DNA of 64,000 nt, taken from the IMG/VR virus record IMGVR_UViG_3300008116_000004; one strand, 5' to 3'. The position numbers and the translations under genes were made by a program. Positions within the stretch are counted from its first letter, which is position 1; every line of letters starts with the position of its first letter. Shown here one piece after another: positions 56,911 to 64,000 of this stretch. The stretch comes from a virus. The notes beneath the pieces were generated by a model. That model was not told the origin of the DNA. It made no database searches and saw only the letters and a list, made by a program, of their open reading frames with translations.

Positions 56911-57794
56911 TTCATGATTATTAGACCAGGGCCACCAAGACCACCAGCATCAGCATCAGCGGTAACACAAGATCCACCACCACCTCCACCGCAACCAAAA
57001 CTACCATTGCCTCCAATACCAGGAAGAGTGCTGCCTGCCCCTCCACCTCCACCGCCTTGACCTGCAAGATGCGGTTTCCAAAACCAATTACCATCCCCAC
57101 CTCGGTTGCCTCTTCCTGAGGCATTTGACGTCCCACCTGCAATAGAAGGAAACCATTCATTATTTGATACAACACCACCACCTGCAGTATATCCAGGTGT
57201 AACAGCTGTTCCACCCCCACCAGCACCACCAGTCAATCCAAAAGAATTAGAAAGCATAAAAGTAGCATTTGTACCTGCTACACCCGCTGCGCCACCAGCA
57301 GCTCCTATTACTCCTGCTACACACTGATACATAATAGCAGAGCCAATAAAAGGCGGCGGTCCCAAAGAAATATCAGTTGCAGCTAACGGAGCAGTACCAC
57401 CAGCTCCACCTGCAGTACCAGTGGAATCACCTCCATTACCTCCAGCCTTAGCAAATAATATTTTTACATATAATGAATTGTTATTATTTGGTTCAACTGC
57501 TATAGTAGTATCTGTAGTAGAAATGTTAAGATATAAAACAGAAGGTAAAAACTTAGTTGCAAAGATAGCTTTAGAAATAGCACCTGAGGATCCTCCTCCA
57601 CCTCCACCTTTGCCTGTACCGTTTGCAATGGCTCTTCCTAATCCACCTCTACCACCAGCACCTATAGCAATCATACTAATATAATTTGCAGATGCAGGTA
57701 TTGTCCAGGCTTTCCATTCATTAGTACCCGAAGTAAAACTACCTGGAAATATAAAAAGACCGTCATCTCTATTACTAGGAATATTATAAAACAT
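56901..57794 (-). CDS. Glycine-rich fibre-tip protein, paralog 1
   Basis: IGAGGRGG...GGNGSFGCGGGGGG...GGPGLIIMKCF. Confidence 0.7.
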   Translation of the reverse strand: MFYNIPSNRDDGLFIFPGSFTSGTNEWKAWTIPASANYISMIAIGAGGRGGLGRAIANGTGKGGGGGGSSGAISKAIFATKFLPSVLYLNISTTDTTIAVEPNNNNSLYVKILFAKAGGNGGDSTGTAGGAGGTAPLAATDISLGPPPFIGSAIMYQCVAGVIGAAGGAAGVAGTNATFMLSNSFGLTGGAGGGGTAVTPGYTAGGGVVSNNEWFPSIAGGTSNASGRGNRGGDGNWFWKPHLAGQGGGGGGAGSTLPGIGGNGSFGCGGGGGGSCVTADADAGGLGGPGLIIMKCF

Positions 57795-57798
57795 AATG

Positions 57799-58008
57799 TT
57801 ATTGAGGTTCAGTATACCATGCTGGTGTAGAAGGTTGTGGTTTTACTGACGTATAAGATATACCTTCTTCACCTGTTTGTGGAAAAGCAGTTTCATAACC
57901 ATTTGTATCAAACCAACGTGTAATTTGATTATTCAATACTTCTTGATATAGTTGACCGTTAAACCCGTTTTCAACACTTGTAGTAAATTGCATAAGAATA
58001 AGTGCCAT
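57799..58008 (-). CDS. Hypothetical protein
   Basis: TAATG-coupled ORF. Confidence 0.55.
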   Translation of the reverse strand: MALILMQFTTSVENGFNGQLYQEVLNNQITRWFDTNGYETAFPQTGEEGISYTSVKPQPSTPAWYTEPQ

Positions 58009-58430
58009 TAGTAATCTCCTCCTATTGCGGTAACCATAAATGTACCTGTTGAATAAGTACCAATAGATGCATACATTCTATATGAAGGAGGTAATATAAT
58101 ACCACCTCTTGTCATAGGAATAACATAATCTGGTGTAGCTGCTACCTGTGATGTTGTAATAATTGGAATTGTAATTTCAGCTATTAACGTATTATTTGTG
58201 GTTGTACTTAGAGTAGAACCATTGTTTATCCAAACACGAAAAGCAGTTGCTACAGTTGATGTGCCTGGTATATATTTTACCCTAACTTCAGTAACAATAG
58301 ATCCGTTAGTTGCATCAGAAGTAAAAATAAGTGCAGCGTTAGTGAGATCTGCACCAGTAACAGCTGTTGCAGTTTGTGCCCATGATATCTCACCTATTCT
58401 TGCAAAAATTGGCTGTACATTGCCTGGCCT
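58008..58430 (-). CDS. Virion beta-sandwich-like protein whose reading frame lacks a canonical start codon
   Basis: Open 141-codon frame (R)PGNVQPIFARIGE...VTAIGGDY*; AGG where ATG is expected; not in the ORF track. Confidence 0.6.
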   Translation of the reverse strand, partial: RPGNVQPIFARIGEISWAQTATAVTGADLTNAALIFTSDATNGSIVTEVRVKYIPGTSTVATAFRVWINNGSTLSTTTNNTLIAEITIPIITTSQVAATPDYVIPMTRGGIILPPSYRMYASIGTYSTGTFMVTAIGGDY

Positions 58431-58714
58431 TACATTATTATTGATCTATATGAATAAAATATTGCAACGTCCCCAGTTGAACCTGTATAACCTATTGAAC
58501 CCGTATAACCTAGGGAACCTGTTGAACCATCATAACCCACATCCCCTCTAGAGCCTGTGTAACCAATATCTCCTTTAGAGCCGGTGTACCCTATAGTAGA
58601 ATTAGCATATGGTTGCCAAGCCGTATAGGTAGTACTATAAGCATATACCATCCCTGTTGTTGGGTTGGTATATAATTGACCATTTGTAGGACTAGAAGGA
58701 AAATCAATTGCCAT
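58430..58714 (-). CDS. Short fibre protein with GYTGS repeats
   Basis: MAIDFPSSPTNGQ head followed by Gly-X-Y repeats. Confidence 0.65.
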   Translation of the reverse strand: MAIDFPSSPTNGQLYTNPTTGMVYAYSTTYTAWQPYANSTIGYTGSKGDIGYTGSRGDVGYDGSTGSLGYTGSIGYTGSTGDVAIFYSYRSIIM

Positions 58715-58731
58715 AAATTACTCTTTTGTTT

Positions 58732-58971
58732 TTATTTATTCAATATATTTAAAATTTCATCAAGTTTATTTGTATTAACAAATGACACTTCATTTCTTAA
58801 ATCATCTAAAAGGTTTTTAACAAACAATCTCCAGAATGCTTTTTGTTCTTCTGTAATATGTGAAGGCCATTCTGTAATTAATGAAGAGGGGATATCATTT
58901 CCGTTTTGCATATCTCTCCAATAGGGCCATGATGTACACTGCATAGCATATTTTTCAATAAGTTCGTTCAT
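58732..58971 (-). CDS. Hypothetical protein
   Basis: ORF track. Confidence 0.5.
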   Translation of the reverse strand: MNELIEKYAMQCTSWPYWRDMQNGNDIPSSLITEWPSHITEEQKAFWRLFVKNLLDDLRNEVSFVNTNKLDEILNILNK

Positions 58972-58980
58972 TGTTTTCTC

Positions 58981-61083
58981 TTATTGGTTAGCAAATGTTG
59001 ATGTTGGTGGTGTAAAATTAGCTGTGTAGCGGGCATATTTAGATATACGAATTTCATCTAGATATCCATTAAGCAAATTAGCAGCTGCGTTAAAACCATC
59101 AGCCCCTATTATTGGCCTATTAGACCCTACAATATGAGATTGAGAATCTGTATATGTAGTACCCTTCTGTACCCCGTCTACAAATAATCTAGCAGATGTA
59201 CCACTTCTACATAGAGCAATATGATACCATTGGCCAGTATTTAAAGCACCTCCTGATATTGCAGTAACACCAGCAGTTTCATATTTTAAATCACTTGTGA
59301 TATATCCTAATTTAATATAATTAGTAGTTGACGAAGTGCCCGATGGTCTTGAATCGTAAAATGATTGGTTGCCGGAAGAATTTAAATATAACCAGAATTC
59401 TATAGTAAAATCACCTGCACCAAAAGTAAAATTATTACTAGGGGCAAAAGCTAAATAAGCAGTACCATCAAAAGACACACTAGTTCCATTAAACCTACTT
59501 TGTGTGGAACTAATTGCAGCTGCACCAAATGTTGTTATGTTATTTTTAGCAGTATGATCTATAACACCGGCGTTTGTTCCATTTAAAAGCAATGTAGTAT
59601 TATTTACTACGGATAAAGGAGCTGTAGGTACAGTCAAAGTTGTTAATGTTGGGTCATATACGGGTGAGTCATTAACAATTCTCAAATTATAGAGATAGGC
59701 ATTTAAGTATCCAGTACCTTGTGTACCTCTTCCTATATTCTGTGTAGCACTACCTGTTGCAAAGCTTGCACTAGAAGTTGTAGTTGCTACTCTAGAACCA
59801 TTAACGAATAGTGATAGTGTGGTACCAGATCTTACATAAGCCATATGATACCATTGATTGGGTGTTAGATTACTATATGCATAATCTAAAATTACATCTA
59901 CACCGGAACGTCCTAAACGCAATGCACCAGCAGCAGTGTTGACCCACACCTGCATTCCAGATGAAGTGCCATTATCAAATATATACTGATCACTAGTACT
60001 CCAGGCATTATTTTTATAAATCCAAAATTCAACAGTAAAATCACTAGTACCTATACCAAAAGCAGTAGAAGTCAACGAAAGATAATCAGTACTTCCATTT
60101 AAATAAATGCTACCACCTACTGTTGAGGTAGAATATGATGAAGTTGGTGCAAATGGGGCAAACGGTTGAATTGATGGTGTGCCGGTTAACGTCAATGCTT
60201 GGGTATTTGCTCCATTATCATAATATCTAGAATCTTGAAGAGTTAAAAGTTTTGTCTCACTACCAGTTGAAGTTATTTCTGTTGTTGAAGGTGTAAAATT
60301 AGCTGAATAAAGACCTGTACCTATGATATATCTCATATTAGACATATATCCAGAACCCCAGGTAGCACCACCGGGATCTCTCATGGTTGTCATTTTAAAT
60401 GCTGCTGTCCAGTTATCAGAAACAACATAATCACTACCAATTTGTGTACCGTTTAAAAACATTTTAGTAGTACCACCAATTCTACTAACAGCAATATGAT
60501 TCCAAGTAAAAGCTAAAGTTGAAAGACCTACGGTATAACTTATCTTTGAGGTTGCTGATGTACTTACACCTATATCTAATGATATTGCAGTACCTGTGTA
60601 GTAAACTAAAATTCTGTTAGTTCCTGAAGAAGCTTGTAAATTAAACCAGTTTTGTCTTCCAGAAGTGGCAGTTGGATATACCCAGAATTCTATAGTATAA
60701 TCACTTGTGCCGGGAGTTAAACTAGCATCAAAATTAGTTGTTGCTAACGCATCCGTACTTCCAGATAAATTAAATGCAGCACTCCAACCAGTTTGACTAA
60801 ATGGAGTGTATGTACCTTGATAAGGTTTACCATTTGTTGTTAAAGTTAAAGCGTTTGCAGAACTATCAACAAATACAGTATTATTACCGGTAGCATCACC
60901 GTGTATTAATAGAGTGTTGTATTTAAAATAAACATCAGAAGGAACATTAGATACAGCTATTGGCCAAAGTGAACTTCTTGAATATTTTTCATGTTCTTTC
61001 ATTGACCACATACCACCAGCAACTGATGCTGTTGGATTATTAACTGATCCTATTAACCCACCATCTAATCTTACTCTAGGCAT
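58981..61083 (-). CDS. LamG/concanavalin-A-like lectin tail protein (three domains)
   Basis: Three repeats of D(Y/F)T(I/V)EFW...W(N/Y)H(I/M)A..R.G....F(L/V)(N/D)G...GY..(N/E).R. Confidence 0.85.
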   Translation of the reverse strand: MPRVRLDGGLIGSVNNPTASVAGGMWSMKEHEKYSRSSLWPIAVSNVPSDVYFKYNTLLIHGDATGNNTVFVDSSANALTLTTNGKPYQGTYTPFSQTGWSAAFNLSGSTDALATTNFDASLTPGTSDYTIEFWVYPTATSGRQNWFNLQASSGTNRILVYYTGTAISLDIGVSTSATSKISYTVGLSTLAFTWNHIAVSRIGGTTKMFLNGTQIGSDYVVSDNWTAAFKMTTMRDPGGATWGSGYMSNMRYIIGTGLYSANFTPSTTEITSTGSETKLLTLQDSRYYDNGANTQALTLTGTPSIQPFAPFAPTSSYSTSTVGGSIYLNGSTDYLSLTSTAFGIGTSDFTVEFWIYKNNAWSTSDQYIFDNGTSSGMQVWVNTAAGALRLGRSGVDVILDYAYSNLTPNQWYHMAYVRSGTTLSLFVNGSRVATTTSSASFATGSATQNIGRGTQGTGYLNAYLYNLRIVNDSPVYDPTLTTLTVPTAPLSVVNNTTLLLNGTNAGVIDHTAKNNITTFGAAAISSTQSRFNGTSVSFDGTAYLAFAPSNNFTFGAGDFTIEFWLYLNSSGNQSFYDSRPSGTSSTTNYIKLGYITSDLKYETAGVTAISGGALNTGQWYHIALCRSGTSARLFVDGVQKGTTYTDSQSHIVGSNRPIIGADGFNAAANLLNGYLDEIRISKYARYTANFTPPTSTFANQ

Positions 61084-61084
61084 A

Positions 61085-61447
61085 TCAACTTATCTGTTCG
61101 TATGTGACAAGTGCGGAAAGTGAACTGTTTGATCCAGCAGTTAACTGTACTGAAGAATTTTCTAACAAGTAAAATGATGTATCTTTGCCAACTACTACAA
61201 GTGAAGAGTTAGCAGGAACAGCAACACTTCTAGCAAGATATGTATTTGCCCCAGCATTGTTGTATTCTACATTTATACTAACAGCAGATGATAATGTGTT
61301 AATATTTGCAATTGTCAACGCATTAATTTTATAAACTTGCCCAGAAGATGATGGGTTGGCAACTACGTTTGTAGTCACTGTACTAACTGCAAGTGTCGCT
61401 GTGTTTCCATAAATTGTTGAAACATTGACTATATTAGGATTAGCCAT
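61085..61447 (-). CDS. Small virion structural protein
   Basis: MANPNIVNVSTIYG...VPANSSLVV...YLLE...YEQIS; tail-gene context. Confidence 0.65.
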   Translation of the reverse strand: MANPNIVNVSTIYGNTATLAVSTVTTNVVANPSSSGQVYKINALTIANINTLSSAVSINVEYNNAGANTYLARSVAVPANSSLVVVGKDTSFYLLENSSVQLTAGSNSSLSALVTYEQIS

Positions 61448-61453
61448 AAAAAA

Positions 61454-64000
61454 TTATCCTCCAAATACTATTGACATAGCAATAGATTTACCAACTGTTG
61501 TAGTATTTATTGCTGGTAATGTTGGTGATGCTACTACCCATTGTGATGTATCACCGTCATTGTAGTAAAGATATAATGATCCTAAATCAGAATTCCACCA
61601 GAGGTCTCCGGAGTTTGCTGATAAAGGTGCAGTGGCAGAGACAGTTACTGATGCTCCTCCACCTCCACCTCCTCCGGTACCAGCAGAACCAGTGTAACCT
61701 ACAGAACCTTGAGACCCTGTATAACCTGTACCTTCTGATCCTGTATAACCAGCGCCAGTTGAACCAGTAAATCCAACCGAACCGGTGTAACCTTCACTAC
61801 CTGTAAACCCTACACTACCAGTATAACCTACTGAGCCAGTAAATCCTACCGAACCTGTATAACCTATACTACCGGTGTAGCCTGTAGTTCCTTGAGAGCC
61901 TTGAGATCCAGTATAACCTGTAGTTCCTTGTGAGCCTTCAGAACCAGTATAACCTACTGAACCTGTAAACCCTACACTTCCTGTATCACCTTTAGAACCA
62001 GTATATCCAAATGAACCGGTATAACCAATATCTCCTTTAGACCCCGTATAACCTAAATCACCTTTAGATCCAGTATAACCTAAATCTCCTTTAGAACCTG
62101 TATAACCTTCTGACCCAGTATATCCTAGATCACCTTTAGAACCAGTGTATCCTAAGTCACCTTTGGATCCTGTGTAACCCAGATCTCCTTTGGATCCTGT
62201 GTATCCAAAAGATCCATCATATCCTGTTATACCCTGAGATCCAGTATATCCTAGATCACCTTTTGAACCAGTATATCCTATATTACCCTGAGACCCAGTA
62301 TATCCTAAATCACCTTGAGATCCATCATAACCAGTATCTCCTTTTGATCCAGTGTACCCAATAGAACCAGTATAACCCTGAATACCTTGAGATCCGGTAT
62401 ATCCTAAATCACCTTTAGATCCTGTGAATCCTACTGATCCAGTATAACCAGTATCACCTTGAATGCCCTGAGATCCAGTAAATCCTATACTACCTGTATA
62501 TCCTAAATCACCTTTGGATCCAGTAAATCCAATTGAACCCGAATATCCTATATTACCCTGTGAACCAGTATATCCAAGAGAACCTGTATAACCAATATCA
62601 CCTTTGGATCCAGTATAACCAATATCACCCTTAGAGCCAGTATAACCAGTATCACCAATATCCCCAGTTCTAGCAAAAGTAATTATAGTATTAGTGCCGT
62701 TAACAAATGTTGTTACACCACTTAGATAAGAAATAGGAACTTCAAAGTGATCAGTTACTTCTGTGTGTATACCTACAATAGAGAACATTGCATAGTTTAA
62801 AGAATTAGCAAGATCTCTGATAGAGAAGTGACCTTTAATTGCAGAAGTAGAGTCGTCAATTGTTTGTAAGAACGAATAACTATTGGCTCCCAACACATCA
62901 ATGTAATCAATATAGAGAGTGTTAGCATTAGAAAGATTTGTATTACTAAAATTAAGATAACCATCTGGAGTAGTTGTATGCGTAGTATTGGTTGAATAGA
63001 TATATTCAAAGGCAGCACCACCAAATGTACCTTGTGGGCCTTGTGATCCAGTATAGCCAAATGATCCAACATATCCTGTGGATCCTGTGTAACCAGTAGC
63101 CCCTATAGATCCTGTATAACCAAAAGAACCTGTATAACCTACAAACGTACCTGCATCATTCCAAGCTGATCCTGTCCAGACCCACAAATGTCCTGTGTCA
63201 GTAGTAACATATGCATCACCAGCCGATCCACCATATGATGATGGATATCCTGGAAGATTTGTTGATGTTGAAACAGTTCCTAAGATAGTAATTGATGTAC
63301 CATCGTTACCTCTTGAACCGGTATAACCTAGATCACCTTTAGATCCGGTAAACCCAGTATCACCCTTTGATCCTGTGAATCCTATTGATCCTGTATAACC
63401 CAAATCACCCTTGGATCCTGTATACCCTAAATCACCTTTTGATCCAGTATATCCAATAGAGCCAGTGTATCCTAAATCACCTTGAGATCCTGTATAACCC
63501 AAATTGCCTTTTGAGCCTGTATAACCCAGATCACCCTTAGATCCAGTATATCCATCAACACCCTGCGATCCAGTATATCCTAAATCACCTTTCGAGCCAA
63601 CAAAACCTGTTGTTCCTTGAATACCTTGTGATCCTGTAAACCCAGTTATCCCTTGATCACCTTGTGATCCTGTATAACCTATAGATCCAGTATAACCCAG
63701 ATCACCTTTTGAACCAGTATATCCTAAATCACCTTTTGACCCAGTATATCCAGTATTTCCCTGATCACCTTTAGATCCAGTAAATCCTGTATCACCTACA
63801 GAACCCGTATATCCTATAGATCCAGTATATCCAGCATCACCTTTAGAACCTGTGTAACCGTCAACACCTTGAGAGCCTGTATAACCAAAAGATCCAGTAT
63901 AACCTAAATCACCTTTAGAACCAGTATAACCAATAGATCCAGTGTATCCAGTATCACCTTTAGATCCTGTATAGCCAGTTACCCCTTGAATACCTTGTGA
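61454..64000 (-). CDS. Long collagen-like tail fibre (GYTGSKGDL repeats), 5' end outside the window
   Basis: The repeat frame stays open to the window edge; the ORF-track start at 63502 is internal; two globular inserts; C-terminal GDLWWNSD...KSIAMSIVFGG. Confidence 0.85.
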   Translation of the reverse strand, partial: SQGIQGVTGYTGSKGDTGYTGSIGYTGSKGDLGYTGSFGYTGSQGVDGYTGSKGDAGYTGSIGYTGSVGDTGFTGSKGDQGNTGYTGSKGDLGYTGSKGDLGYTGSIGYTGSQGDQGITGFTGSQGIQGTTGFVGSKGDLGYTGSQGVDGYTGSKGDLGYTGSKGNLGYTGSQGDLGYTGSIGYTGSKGDLGYTGSKGDLGYTGSIGFTGSKGDTGFTGSKGDLGYTGSRGNDGTSITILGTVSTSTNLPGYPSSYGGSAGDAYVTTDTGHLWVWTGSAWNDAGTFVGYTGSFGYTGSIGATGYTGSTGYVGSFGYTGSQGPQGTFGGAAFEYIYSTNTTHTTTPDGYLNFSNTNLSNANTLYIDYIDVLGANSYSFLQTIDDSTSAIKGHFSIRDLANSLNYAMFSIVGIHTEVTDHFEVPISYLSGVTTFVNGTNTIITFARTGDIGDTGYTGSKGDIGYTGSKGDIGYTGSLGYTGSQGNIGYSGSIGFTGSKGDLGYTGSIGFTGSQGIQGDTGYTGSVGFTGSKGDLGYTGSQGIQGYTGSIGYTGSKGDTGYDGSQGDLGYTGSQGNIGYTGSKGDLGYTGSQGITGYDGSFGYTGSKGDLGYTGSKGDLGYTGSKGDLGYTGSEGYTGSKGDLGYTGSKGDLGYTGSKGDIGYTGSFGYTGSKGDTGSVGFTGSVGYTGSEGSQGTTGYTGSQGSQGTTGYTGSIGYTGSVGFTGSVGYTGSVGFTGSEGYTGSVGFTGSTGAGYTGSEGTGYTGSQGSVGYTGSAGTGGGGGGGASVTVSATAPLSANSGDLWWNSDLGSLYLYYNDGDTSQWVVASPTLPAINTTTVGKSIAMSIVFGG

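Noticed and set aside
55065-57794. Diversity-generating retroelement acting on the adhesin paralogs
   Set aside because: No reverse transcriptase and no near-identical template/variable repeat pair visible in the window.
7000-63502. Stop-codon reassignment or introns/inteins in core genes
   Set aside because: Core genes translate full length in the standard code with expected sizes, and no suppressor tRNA is present.
61454-64000. Periodic 18/27-bp repeats as a possible CRISPR array or satellite
   Set aside because: The repeats are in-frame coding units with synonymous variation and no unique spacers; no cas genes are present.

Overview
A 64-kb segment of a large, AT-rich T4-like myovirus genome, almost all on the minus strand. 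From right to left it carries tail-fibre/adhesin genes (proline-poor GYTGS collagen-like repeats, a LamG lectin protein, glycine-rich tips, PAAR, a GH19 endolysin) and the T4 morphogenesis core (gp13-gp23). Next come a short plus-strand early island, gp3/uvsY/uvsW/gp55/gp47/gp46 and a peptide deformylase. A large 7-deazaguanine DNA-modification cluster follows (queE, queD, folE, DpdA/TGT-like, PurN/DpdN-like formyltransferase, queF, queC, stand-alone amidotransferase, two DUF3310), interrupted by a promoter-bearing nuclease cassette. Then come gp45/44/62/regA and early accessory genes (ArfA-like, GapR, DUF932, HAD phosphatase, tRNA-CAU). At the left end a late-promoter operon joins curli secretion genes (csgF, csgG, two curlin-repeat proteins) to a FecR protein, a metallophosphoesterase and a CHASE2 adenylate cyclase. 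GapR, the tRNA type and a BA14K-like protein suggest an alphaproteobacterial host. The best candidates for new biology are the curli-FecR-cyclase operon, the deazaguanine cluster with a preQ1-riboswitch-like leader on queE, and the ArfA-like gene. All family calls come from motif recognition by eye; no database search was run.
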